Below, in pieces: positions 49,098-57,778 of a stretch of DNA of 64,000 bases; the first letter of the stretch is position 1; each line of letters opens with the position of its first letter. The DNA is from Acidobacteriota bacterium. GTDB lineage: Bacteria > Actinomycetota > Thermoleophilia > Solirubrobacterales > 70-9. The stretch covers positions 47,702 to 111,701 of the forward strand of contig JAQBGG010000004.1 in assembly GCA_032122625.1 (NCBI GenBank). The letters run 5' to 3'. Position numbers and translations under genes: made by a program. The notes under the pieces are model-generated. The model searched no databases and was not told the origin of the DNA. It was given only the letters and a program-made list of their open reading frames with translations.

Positions 49098-50009
49098 ATG
49101 GCGCCCACCGCCCAGCTGGTCGCGATCTTTGGGCCCACGGCGGTTGGCAAGACCGCCGTCGCGGTCGCCCTCGCGGAGCGCCTGCGCGAGCGCGGCGAGG
49201 ACCCGGTCGCGATTTCCTGTGACGCGATCCAGGTCTACCGGGGGCTGGAGACGATCAGCGGCGCACCGGCAGCGGCGCAACGCGAGGCCCTCGAGCACCG
49301 GCTCGTCGGGATCGCCGATCCAGCGGAGGAGTTCAGTGCCGGGCGCTTTGCGGCGCTCGCTCAGGGCGAGATCGATCAGTTACTGGGGCATGGTCGCCTG
49401 CCGATCCTGGTCGGCGGCACCGGGCTGTACATGCGGGCCGTGCTGAGCAGGATCGAGCTGCGCCCGCCGGTCACCCCCGCGGTCCGAGCGGCGGTCGAGG
49501 GCGAGATCTCGGAGCGCGGCGGCACCGCCGTCCACGCCGAACTCGAGGGGGATGTTGCGGCCAAGATCCATCCCAACGACAGCAAGCGCATCGCTCGCGC
49601 TTTGGAGCTGCAGCGCAGCGGCATCGACCCGCCGGAGCGCTCCGACGAGCTCTGGACCGCTGAGCTACGGTGGCCGACGCTGATGGTCGGACTGATCTGC
49701 GGACGGGAGCTCCTGCTGGCCCGGATAGAGGAGCGGGTCGATGAGATGGCCGCGTCGGGTGCCGGAGAGGAGGCGCGGGCCGCGGCTGCGCTCGGCGCCT
49801 CGCGGACGGCCCGGGCCGCGCTCGGCTTCGAGGCCTTCGCGGAGGGTGATCTCGAGGCCGTGAAGGTCGCCCACCGCCGCTACGCTCGCCGGCAGATGAC
49901 CTGGTTGCGGAAGACACCCGGAATCCAGCTCGTCGACCGCGGGACGGCCTCGTCGGCTGAGGCGGCAAGGCGGATCGAGTCGCTGCTCGGGAATACTGGG
50001 CCGCGATGA
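49098..50009 (+). CDS. miaA: tRNA dimethylallyltransferase
   Basis: VAIFGPTAVGKTAVAVALA P-loop, DAIQVYRGLE, and ILVGGTGLY. Confidence 0.9.
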   Translation: MAPTAQLVAIFGPTAVGKTAVAVALAERLRERGEDPVAISCDAIQVYRGLETISGAPAAAQREALEHRLVGIADPAEEFSAGRFAALAQGEIDQLLGHGRLPILVGGTGLYMRAVLSRIELRPPVTPAVRAAVEGEISERGGTAVHAELEGDVAAKIHPNDSKRIARALELQRSGIDPPERSDELWTAELRWPTLMVGLICGRELLLARIEERVDEMAASGAGEEARAAAALGASRTARAALGFEAFAEGDLEAVKVAHRRYARRQMTWLRKTPGIQLVDRGTASSAEAARRIESLLGNTGPR

Positions 50010-50854
50010 GATTCGAGAAGTGGCAGGCGCTCGGCAACGACTACATCGTGATCGAGCGCGACGAGCTCGACTTCGAGCTAACCCCGGGTCGCGTGAGAGC
50101 GATCTGCGCCGCCCATTTCGGCTGCCACTCAGACGGCATCCTGCTGCTCTCGCGCACTGACAACCCCGCCCACGTCGCCGATCTACAGATCTTCAACCCG
50201 GACGGCTCAGAGGCCGAGCTGTCGGGCAACGGTGCTCGCGAGGCCGTGCTCTACCTGCGCCGACGCGGTTGGACCGACGAGGACAGCTTCACGATCCTCA
50301 CCGCAGCGGGGGAGATCACCCCGACATTGACCGGCCCCGGCTCAGCCCAGGTCGCGATGGGCCGTGCGGCGACGGCCTCGAGGGACTTCCCGGACGGGCC
50401 GGCAGATGGGCGCGGAACCATCGAGGTGGCCGGCGCCGGCCGCGAGTTCCAGCATGTCTCGATCGGCAACCCCCAATGCGCGATTGAGGTCACCGAAGGG
50501 CTCGAGCAGCTCGACCTCAGGGCGATCGGTCCCCCGATCGAGAGCTCGCCGCTGTTTCCCAACCGCAGCAACGTCAGCTTCTGGCGGGTGGAGGACGAGG
50601 CTGGGCGCGTCGTCCGGGCGCGAATCTTCGAGCGCGGCGTGGGGGAGACGCTCTCCTCGGGAACTGGTGCGGCCGGCGCCGCCGTCGCCGCCCACCTGCG
50701 TGGCATCGCTAGCCCGATCACCGTCCACCTCGACGGCGGTGAGCTCGAGGTGGAGATCAGCGGCGACCTAGAGATCCACCAGTCCGGGGTCGCCAATCCG
50801 GTCTTCGCGGGCGAGTTCTCACCGGAGTTCATCGCCGAGCTCGAAGGCATCTGA
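50006..50854 (+). CDS. dapF: diaminopimelate epimerase
   Basis: FEKWQALGNDY, NPDGSEAELSGNGAR, GNPQC (second catalytic Cys region) and GETLSSGTGA. It overlaps the miaA stop. Confidence 0.9.
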   Translation: MRFEKWQALGNDYIVIERDELDFELTPGRVRAICAAHFGCHSDGILLLSRTDNPAHVADLQIFNPDGSEAELSGNGAREAVLYLRRRGWTDEDSFTILTAAGEITPTLTGPGSAQVAMGRAATASRDFPDGPADGRGTIEVAGAGREFQHVSIGNPQCAIEVTEGLEQLDLRAIGPPIESSPLFPNRSNVSFWRVEDEAGRVVRARIFERGVGETLSSGTGAAGAAVAAHLRGIASPITVHLDGGELEVEISGDLEIHQSGVANPVFAGEFSPEFIAELEGI

Positions 50855-51155
50855 CGAACCCGCAAGGGCTCAGCCCTCAGCGACACTCGCGGCCGGCGCA
50901 GCCCCGCAGGCTTTCGAGCAGGCGGGCGTATCGCTCGGGCGGGGTCGCGCCGAGTACGGTGGCAACCGGCGCTGGGGAGGGTGGGGATGTCACCTGATGG
51001 CTCGGTGGGGCGGAGGGAGTCGCAAGCTCATCAGCGGCTCGCGCAGTTGTCACCTTGTTGCGGGGTTCGGCGCCGCAGACAACGGTCCGAGCTGCACCGC
51101 GCTGGAACGGGCGCGGAACGAAAGTCGGGGCGGCGGGGCGGGGCCTCCCGGCCGG

Positions 51156-52094
51156 CTAAGCCAGGGCGGCGTAGTCGACGCCGGTGAGCTCTACGGAAAC
51201 TTCCCAGAGGCGGCGGGCGTCGTCGGTGTTGCGGGCGCGGGAGTTGCAGTCGACCTTGGTCGGGTGGCCGCGGGATTGGCCGATGCCGTCGGGCCCGATG
51301 TAGTCGCCACCGACGACGTCGGGGGCTGTGGCGGCGTAGAGCGTCGGCAACGCTCCCGTCTCGTCGCTCTGGGCGAGAAAGACGTTGGCCACCTTGAGGG
51401 CCGGCTTGAGTATCAGGCCGAGCGTTCCTTCGCCGGGCCCTGCCGATTGCAGATTGGTGGCCGAGTAGCCCGGGTGGCAGGCCACCGCCAAGGCCGCCAC
51501 GTCGCGCTCGCGAAGGCGCCGGTCGAGCTCGAAGGTGAACAGCAGGTTGGCGAGCTTCGAGCGACCGTAGGCACCCCAGCGTGAATAGCTGTGCTCCCAA
51601 TTGAGATCGTCGAAGTCCATCTTCCCCTGCCGGTGGGCCAGGCTGGCGACGCTGACGACCCGCGCCGCATCCGCGGCGAGGAGCTTGTCCAGTAGCCGGC
51701 CGGTGAGCGCGAAGTGGCCGAGGTGGTTGGTCCCGAGCTGAAGCTCGAAGCCATCTTCGGTCTGCATGTACGGCGTCGCCATCACACCGGCGTTGTTGAC
51801 CAGCAGGTCGAGGGGCTCCGGGCGAGCGGTGATCTCGGCCGCGGCGCGCTCGATCGAGCTGAGATCGGCAAGATCGAGCTGCACGACCTCGACCTTGGCG
51901 TCGGGGTTGCGGTCCCGGACCTCGGCGACTGCGTGCGCCGCTCGGGAGGGGTCGCGGCAGCCCATGTACACGGTGGCACCGGCCTCGGCGAGTGCCTCGG
52001 TGGCGCGGAGCCCGATGCCGCTGTTGGCGCCGGTTACGAACGCATGGCGTCCGTCCAGCTTCGGCATCTTCTCGGGCGTCCAATGATCAGACAT
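51156..52094 (-). CDS. short-chain dehydrogenase/reductase (classical SDR)
   Basis: ATG at residue 36 of ORF 51156..52199. TGANSGIGL, NNAG, and YGRSK (YxxxK). Confidence 0.85.
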   Translation of the reverse strand: MSDHWTPEKMPKLDGRHAFVTGANSGIGLRATEALAEAGATVYMGCRDPSRAAHAVAEVRDRNPDAKVEVVQLDLADLSSIERAAAEITARPEPLDLLVNNAGVMATPYMQTEDGFELQLGTNHLGHFALTGRLLDKLLAADAARVVSVASLAHRQGKMDFDDLNWEHSYSRWGAYGRSKLANLLFTFELDRRLRERDVAALAVACHPGYSATNLQSAGPGEGTLGLILKPALKVANVFLAQSDETGALPTLYAATAPDVVGGDYIGPDGIGQSRGHPTKVDCNSRARNTDDARRLWEVSVELTGVDYAALA

Positions 52095-52192
52095 CGCCGC
52101 TGAGGCTACCGGTCCAACCACCGGGCCGCTGTAGCCTGACTGCCGCCGACCCGGCCGATCGGCCGCCGATCTAACGAGCAGAAAAGGAAGCG

Positions 52193-53365
52193 ATGTCACG
52201 CACCGACCCGTCCAAGCGCCTGGAGGCGATCCCGCCCTACATGTTCGCCGAGCTCGAGAGGCGGGTTGCGGAGAAGAAGAAGGCGGGCATCGACGTGATC
52301 AGCCTCGGCATCGGTGACCCCGATCACCCCACCTTCCCCTACATCGTCGAGGCGATGCAGGCCGCGGTCGCCGACCCCGGCAACCAGAGTTACCCCTCAA
52401 ACCGCGGCCGCGAGGAGTTCCGGACCGCGCTCGCCGGCTTCTACGAGCGTCGTTTCGGGGTCGAGATCGATCCCGAGAGGGAGGTGATCCCCGCGATCGG
52501 TGCCAAGGAGTGCATCTACAACCTCTGCTTCGCCTTCCTCGACCCCGAGGACGTCGCGCTCTCCTCCGACCCTGGGTACCCGGTCTACACCGCCGGCCCG
52601 GTCCTCGCCGGAGCCGACGTTGAACTGCTGCCGCTGGTCCCTGATCTCGGCTTCACGCCGGACCTCGAGGCGATCGATCCGATGGCGCTGAGCAAGGCGC
52701 GGCTGATGTTCCTCAACTACCCGAACAATCCGACCGGGGCCGTTGTGCCCGAGGGTTTCTTCGAGCGGGTCGTCGAGCTGGCTTCCAAGCATCAGTTCCT
52801 CGTTGTCCACGACAACGCCTACTCGGAGACGACCTACGACGGCTACGTGGCCCCGAGCTTCCTGGCGACGCCCGGCGCCAAGGATGTCGGCGTCGAGGTT
52901 TTCAGCCTCTCGAAGGGCTTCAACATGACCGGCTGGCGCTGTGCGGCAATCCTCGGCAACGCTGATGCGATCCAGACCTATTGGCGCCTCAAGACCAACG
53001 TTGACAGCGGTCTGTTCGAGGCGGTTCAGATCGCCGGCGCAGCGGCTCTCGGCGGCCCGGGCCGGGCTCGCGAGGAGATGAACGCGATCTACTCCAGACG
53101 CCGGGACCTGGTCGTCGGAGCGCTTCGCGAGATCGGCGTCGAGGTCGAGGCCTCGAAGGGGACGATCTACGTCTGGGCGCCGGTTCCCGAGGGCCATACC
53201 TCGACCACATTCGCCGAACTCGTGCTCGAGGAGGCGGCTGTGATCGTCTCACCGGGGTCGATGTACGGGCCCAGCGGCGAGGGCTTCTTCCGGATCTCGC
53301 TGACGACGCCGGACGAGCGCATCAGCGAGGCGGTCGAGCGGATGCGCGAGCACCTCGGGGGCTGA
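52193..53365 (+). CDS. dapL: class-I PLP aminotransferase, probable LL-diaminopimelate aminotransferase
   Basis: LEAIPPYMFAELERRVAEKKKAGIDVISLGIGDPDHPT, YPNNPTG, and SLSKGFNMTGWR (PLP Lys). The overall pattern matches my recollection of the direct DapL (TIGR03540-type) family. No search was run. Confidence 0.65.
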   Translation: MSRTDPSKRLEAIPPYMFAELERRVAEKKKAGIDVISLGIGDPDHPTFPYIVEAMQAAVADPGNQSYPSNRGREEFRTALAGFYERRFGVEIDPEREVIPAIGAKECIYNLCFAFLDPEDVALSSDPGYPVYTAGPVLAGADVELLPLVPDLGFTPDLEAIDPMALSKARLMFLNYPNNPTGAVVPEGFFERVVELASKHQFLVVHDNAYSETTYDGYVAPSFLATPGAKDVGVEVFSLSKGFNMTGWRCAAILGNADAIQTYWRLKTNVDSGLFEAVQIAGAAALGGPGRAREEMNAIYSRRRDLVVGALREIGVEVEASKGTIYVWAPVPEGHTSTTFAELVLEEAAVIVSPGSMYGPSGEGFFRISLTTPDERISEAVERMREHLGG

Positions 53366-53425
53366 GTACGGGCTGGGATCGCGAGGCCCGCTCGCCCGCT
53401 CACACTTCAGAATGCGCCCGACCGC

Positions 53426-54412
53426 TCAAGCCTCGATGTGTCCCTCGGCGAGCATCGTGTCGCGGAGGGTCGACTCGAGACCCCGGGGCGAGTAGCCCAG
53501 CTGCTCGATCGCCTTGTCGTGCTTCGCCCAGAAGGTAACCCCGTTGGCGGCCCGGATCACCTCATGCATGTTCGGCGGGAAGCCGATCATCGGGGCGATC
53601 ATCGGGGCGATCGGGGCGATCGCCTTGAGGACGCCCGCCGGCATCGCACGGACGCTACGGTGCTTGCCGGCGACCCGCGCGGCCATTTGCAGCGTCTCGC
53701 GATTGGTCGTGATCGCCCCACCGAGGATGTAGGCCTCGCCGATCTCGCCTGACTCGAGCCCGAGGATCACGCCATCGGCGACGTCCTCAACGTGGACCAG
53801 GGTCATCCCGAAATCCGGGAAGGGGATCAGGGGCAGCTTGCCGGAGACGTAGCGGCCGACGAGGTTGCCGAGCTCAGAGTGATCATCCGGTCCGTAGACG
53901 CCGCCCGGCTGCATCAGCACGCAGGGCAGGTGCTCGTCCTCGATCAGCCGCGTGGCGATCTGGTGCGCCTCGTACTTGGTCTCCTCGTAGTAGGAGCCGA
54001 AGCCGGTGCCGGGGTGCTCGTACGTCTCATCGACGACCTTGCCGTGGGTGTTGCCGAAGACCACGACCGACGACACGTAGACGACGCGCGGCGTCCCCGC
54101 CTCGAGTACGGCCCGCAGCACGCGTTCTGTGCCGAGCACGTTGGCGTCATACATGGCCTCGTGGCGTGACTGGGGAACCCCGATCTCGTAAATCGCAGCC
54201 CCGTGGATAACCGCGTCGCAACCCTCGACGCCACGCTTGATCGCCGCCTCGTCGGCAAGCGTTCCGGTGATCAGCTCGCAGCCGAGGTTGCCGAGCGTTG
54301 CTGCCTTCTCCGGTGAGCGGACCAGGGCGAGGACCTCGTCGCCTCGCTCGCGCAGCTTTCGGGCGATGTGCCCGCCGATGAACCCGGTCGCGCCTGTGAT
54401 GAAGATCTTCAT
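53426..54412 (-). CDS. NAD-dependent epimerase/dehydratase (extended SDR)
   Basis: MKIFITGATGFIGGHIARKL Rossmann motif and YEETKYEAH (YxxxK). 328 aa. Confidence 0.85.
   Translation of the reverse strand: MKIFITGATGFIGGHIARKLRERGDEVLALVRSPEKAATLGNLGCELITGTLADEAAIKRGVEGCDAVIHGAAIYEIGVPQSRHEAMYDANVLGTERVLRAVLEAGTPRVVYVSSVVVFGNTHGKVVDETYEHPGTGFGSYYEETKYEAHQIATRLIEDEHLPCVLMQPGGVYGPDDHSELGNLVGRYVSGKLPLIPFPDFGMTLVHVEDVADGVILGLESGEIGEAYILGGAITTNRETLQMAARVAGKHRSVRAMPAGVLKAIAPIAPMIAPMIGFPPNMHEVIRAANGVTFWAKHDKAIEQLGYSPRGLESTLRDTMLAEGHIEA
53585..53617 (-). repeat. in-frame tandem repeat (12 + 12 + 9 bp) inside the epimerase gene
   Basis: GATCATCGGGGC x2 then GATCGGGGC on the + strand encodes ...IAPIAPMIAPMIG... 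on the minus strand. Confidence 0.9.
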
Positions 54413-54435
54413 GGCAGGCAGGCTAGATCACCGCC

Positions 54436-54456
54436 TCTCAGCCGCGGCGGCTGAGA
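54436..54456. promoter_or_regulatory. 21-bp palindrome in the divergent promoter region (candidate operator)
   Basis: TCTCAGCCGC-G-GCGGCTGAGA has perfect 10-bp arms around one central base. It lies between the epimerase start (54412) and the GH114-like start (54496). Confidence 0.3.
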
Positions 54457-54495
54457 TCGCGCACCGTCTCAGTCTCGGCGGTCGAAGGGTCGATA

Positions 54496-55365
54496 ATGGG
54501 ACCGATGCGCAGAGCCATGATCACCCTCGCAGTCTGGGCCGGGCTGCTGGCGGCCGCCTCCGGTGCGGCGGCGGCACCGAGCGACGGCCGTCTGGCCGCC
54601 GTGGAGACCTGGGGATTTGCGATCGGCAACAAGACTCTGAAGGGCGAGCTCGTCGAGCGCTACGCCGGCTACGACCTGCTCGTCGTCGATGGCCAGGAGG
54701 CGAGGCGCCGCCAGGTCACCGATCTGCGGTCCTCGGGCAAGGTCGTGCTGGGCTACCTATCGGTCGGCACGATCGAGGCCTACCGGCCCTGGTACAGGCT
54801 CCTGAAGCCCTACCGCCTCGAGGCCTGGAAGGACTGGAAGGACGAGTTCTTCGCCGACGTCAGCCGGCGCTCCTACCGGCGCAAGATGCTCGATCGGATC
54901 GCACCGAAGCTGCTCGCCAAGGGCTTCGACGGGCTGTTCCTCGACAACGTCGACATGATCGAGGGCCACCGGCGCGAGACCAAGGGGATGCACAAGCTCG
55001 TCAGGGGCCTTTCAGGCCTCGTACGGGCCGACGGCAGCTTGCTGTTCGGGCAGAACGGCTACGACGTCCTGGACCCGTTCCTTCCATACCTCGACGGCTG
55101 GAACCGTGAGGACGTGACCGGCACCTACGACTTCGACAGCGATCGCTACCGGGTCAACCGCAAGCGACGAATCGCGGCGACCCAGCGGGAGCTGCGGGCG
55201 GTGGGGGAGGCGGGGCTACTTGTCACCGCGACCGACTACACGCGCAAGCCGCGCGGCGAGATCGCCGAGCAGGCGATCGCCATTGCCTGTGCGGCCGGCG
55301 CCTTGCCTTACGTCAGCGACATCGAGCTGAGGCGGACGCCGGGGAACCCGCCCCGCTGCCCCTAG
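54496..55365 (+). CDS. secreted TIM-barrel glycoside-hydrolase-like protein (GH114 / endo-alpha-1,4-polygalactosaminidase-like)
   Basis: A Sec signal peptide (MITLAVWAGLLAAASGAAAAP) is followed by YLSVGTIEAYRPWY, FADV, and GFDGLFLDNVD, typical of this hydrolase-like family. The family call is from memory. Confidence 0.5.
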   Translation: MGPMRRAMITLAVWAGLLAAASGAAAAPSDGRLAAVETWGFAIGNKTLKGELVERYAGYDLLVVDGQEARRRQVTDLRSSGKVVLGYLSVGTIEAYRPWYRLLKPYRLEAWKDWKDEFFADVSRRSYRRKMLDRIAPKLLAKGFDGLFLDNVDMIEGHRRETKGMHKLVRGLSGLVRADGSLLFGQNGYDVLDPFLPYLDGWNREDVTGTYDFDSDRYRVNRKRRIAATQRELRAVGEAGLLVTATDYTRKPRGEIAEQAIAIACAAGALPYVSDIELRRTPGNPPRCP

Positions 55366-55370
55366 CTGGA

Positions 55371-55838
55371 TCAAGATTCCTCGCCGGTCTCGACGTAGCG
55401 TTTGAGCCCGTCGAGCATGCCGCGGATCCCCTTCCGGTACTGGCGGCGGACCACGGCCCGGTCGAGCAGCGCGCCGAGCGGTCCGAAGCGCAGCGCGTAG
55501 TCGGGGCTCACGGTGACCCCGGTGCCTTGGCTGGTGTCGGTGAGGGAGAACGAGATCACTGCCCGATCGAAGGGCAGGCTGCTCGCGGTTATCTCGATCT
55601 TGAAGCCCTCGCCCTCGCGCCAGTCGAAGGCGCGCTCCTCCAGGGTCCCGGCGCTCTTGCCGTTCGGACGCTGCAGGTCGCAGTGGCGGGTGGCTCCCTC
55701 GCCGCCGGGCCCCTCTGACGTGGAGTAGGAGCGCTTCACACCTGGATTCCAGCGCTGGATCGAGCCGATTTCGGCGAGCACGCCCCAGACGCGCTCGCGG
55801 GACGCATCGATCGTGGTCTGCTCGGCAAAGCTGCTCAT
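55371..55838 (-). CDS. SRPBCC (START/Bet v1-like) family protein
   Basis: ATG at residue 19 of ORF 55371..55892. IDASRERVWGVLAEIGSIQRWNPGV is typical of the polyketide-cyclase/dehydrase-like fold. 155 aa. Confidence 0.7.
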   Translation of the reverse strand: MSSFAEQTTIDASRERVWGVLAEIGSIQRWNPGVKRSYSTSEGPGGEGATRHCDLQRPNGKSAGTLEERAFDWREGEGFKIEITASSLPFDRAVISFSLTDTSQGTGVTVSPDYALRFGPLGALLDRAVVRRQYRKGIRGMLDGLKRYVETGEES

Positions 55839-55945
55839 GCTTCCTTTCGGCCGGAGGATCGTCGCGACGGCTGAGATTATCTCCGACGCCACGCTCCCCG
55901 CGGCCTAACGGGCGTTGGCTGGCCCCTCTCCTAGACTGGTGGTCG

Positions 55946-57313
55946 ATGGGATCTGAGTCCGACCGAGACTTGCAGCGGGCGCCGAATGGCACCGTTGCGG
56001 TGGGCGTTCGCAATCCCCGTGCCCGCCAGCGCGCGCTCGCGATCGGGGTGAACGAAGCCGATCCCGAGCAGGACCCGCTCGCCGAGCTGAGGGAGCTGCT
56101 GCGAACCGCCGGCGTGGCGACAGCGGGGGAGATGGTTCAGCGACGCCCCGACCCCGACCCGGACCGCTACCTCGGCCGCGGCAAGCTGACCGAGCTCAAA
56201 GCCGAGATCAAGCGCTGCGACGCCAACGTCGTCGCCTGCGATGACGAGCTGGCACCGCGCCAAGAGCGCAACCTCGAGGCGGAGTTGGGGGTGCCGGTGA
56301 TCGACCGCACCGCTGTGATCCTCGACATCTTCGCCGATCATGCGCACAGCGCCGAGGGCAAGCTCCAGGTCGAGCTCGCTCAGCTCGAATACAACCTGGC
56401 ACGCATGCGGGGGCTGTGGACGCACCTCGAGCGGCTCGGCGCAGGCCGCATGGATGGGGGCATCGGTACGAGGGGCCCGGGCGAGTCGCAGATCGAGACC
56501 GACCGTCGGCTCGCCCGCGATCGGATCAGCGCCCTGAGGCGCCGGCTCGAGGAGGTCGGTCGCAACCGCGAGACGATGCGGGCAGCCCGTACTCGCTCGG
56601 CGCTGCCGACGGTGGCGCTCGCCGGCTATACGAACTCCGGCAAGTCGACCTTGCTGAACGCGATCACCGGTGCCCAGGTCGGCGTCGGCGACCGTCTCTT
56701 CCAGACGCTGGATCCGACGACCCGTGCGTATGAGCACAACGGCCGCCGCTACCTGATGACGGACACCGTCGGCTTCATCCGCAAGCTTCCCCACCAACTC
56801 GTCGACGCGTTCAAGGCGACCCTCGAGGAGACGGTGCTCGCCGATCTCGTCGTTCACGTCGTCGACGCCTCCGACCCGCCGGAGGACCGTGCCGCCGCGA
56901 TCGCCGCCGCCAACAGCGTCCTCGAGGAGATCGGAGCCGACGAGGCACCGCGACTGCTGGTCTACAACAAGCTCGACCTGCTCGACGAGACCGAGCGCTC
57001 CCGACTGCTGGTCGGCGATCGCGAGCTTGTTGGAATCTCGGCCCAAAGTGGAGACGGGATCCCCGAGCTGCTCGACGCGATCGAGCGTTCCTTCGAGGCG
57101 ACGCTGCGGCCGATGGAGTTGCTGATCCCTTACGACGACGGCGCCTCGCTGAGCGAGCTGCACTCGATCGCCGGGCCCCTGGAGCGCGAGGACGGGCCCG
57201 ACGGCGTGCGGGTCAGCGCTCGGGTTCCGGCGGCGCTCGTCCACCGCTTCGAACCCTACGAACTGAACGGGGCCCTGGACAGCGACTCGGGCCCGCGGGC
57301 GGACCGGGACTAG
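55946..57313 (+). CDS. hflX: GTPase HflX
   Basis: The HflX N-domain carries LAELRELLRTAGV and the Gly-rich GPGESQIETDRR. The GTPase domain carries VALAGYTNSGKSTLLN, DTVGFI and NKLD. Confidence 0.92.
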   Translation: MGSESDRDLQRAPNGTVAVGVRNPRARQRALAIGVNEADPEQDPLAELRELLRTAGVATAGEMVQRRPDPDPDRYLGRGKLTELKAEIKRCDANVVACDDELAPRQERNLEAELGVPVIDRTAVILDIFADHAHSAEGKLQVELAQLEYNLARMRGLWTHLERLGAGRMDGGIGTRGPGESQIETDRRLARDRISALRRRLEEVGRNRETMRAARTRSALPTVALAGYTNSGKSTLLNAITGAQVGVGDRLFQTLDPTTRAYEHNGRRYLMTDTVGFIRKLPHQLVDAFKATLEETVLADLVVHVVDASDPPEDRAAAIAAANSVLEEIGADEAPRLLVYNKLDLLDETERSRLLVGDRELVGISAQSGDGIPELLDAIERSFEATLRPMELLIPYDDGASLSELHSIAGPLEREDGPDGVRVSARVPAALVHRFEPYELNGALDSDSGPRADRD

Positions 57314-57316
57314 GCG

Positions 57317-57745
57317 GTGCAGCTCGAGGTCAGGATCCTGGAGCCCGGGGGCCGGCTGCCGACCCGCGCGCACATCGGCGACGCGGGCCTTGACCTCTAT
57401 GCGGCCGAGGCAATGCGGATTGGTCCGGGGCAGAGGGCGACGGTCGGGACCGGGATCGCGATCTCGGTCCCGCCGGGTCACGCCGGGCTGGTCCTACCGC
57501 GAAGCGGCAACGCCGCGCGACACGGGATCGCCCTGGTCAACGCACCCGGCTTGATCGACGCGGGCTACCGCGGCGAAGTCCGGATCCTGCTGCTCAACAC
57601 CGATCGCGAGTCGCCCTTCATCGTCGAGACCGGCCACCGCATAGCCCAGCTACTGATCACGCCGTTCGCCGAGGCCGAGCCGGTCGAGGTGGCGGAACTG
57701 GAAGGGACCGAGAGGGGGGAGGGAGGCTTCGGCTCCAGCGGCTGA
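57317..57745 (+). CDS. dut: dUTP diphosphatase
   Basis: GDAGLDLYA, PRSGNAARHG, GLIDAGYRGEV and the C-terminal ERGEGGFGSSG. GTG start. Confidence 0.92.
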   Translation: MQLEVRILEPGGRLPTRAHIGDAGLDLYAAEAMRIGPGQRATVGTGIAISVPPGHAGLVLPRSGNAARHGIALVNAPGLIDAGYRGEVRILLLNTDRESPFIVETGHRIAQLLITPFAEAEPVEVAELEGTERGEGGFGSSG

Positions 57746-57778
57746 GGCCCCGGCCTACCGTCTGCGACGGCTCGCCGA

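Noticed and set aside
51047-51084. tRNA-like T-arm (TGCGG-GGTTCGGCG-CCGCA) in the dapF-SDR spacer
   Set aside because: The loop is 9 nt rather than 7. No acceptor, D or anticodon arms can be built around it. I found no tRNA in the window.
50878-51155. Stop-codon read-through or C-terminal extension of the SDR (frame open for about 92 codons after TAG 51156-51158)
   Set aside because: The extension is Pro/Ala/Arg-rich and has no recoding signal. Open frames of this length are common by chance at this GC content. The SDR fold is complete before the TAG.
55931-57481. 516-aa minus-strand ORF antisense to hflX/dut
   Set aside because: hflX and dut carry complete signature motifs on the + strand, and the antisense product has none.
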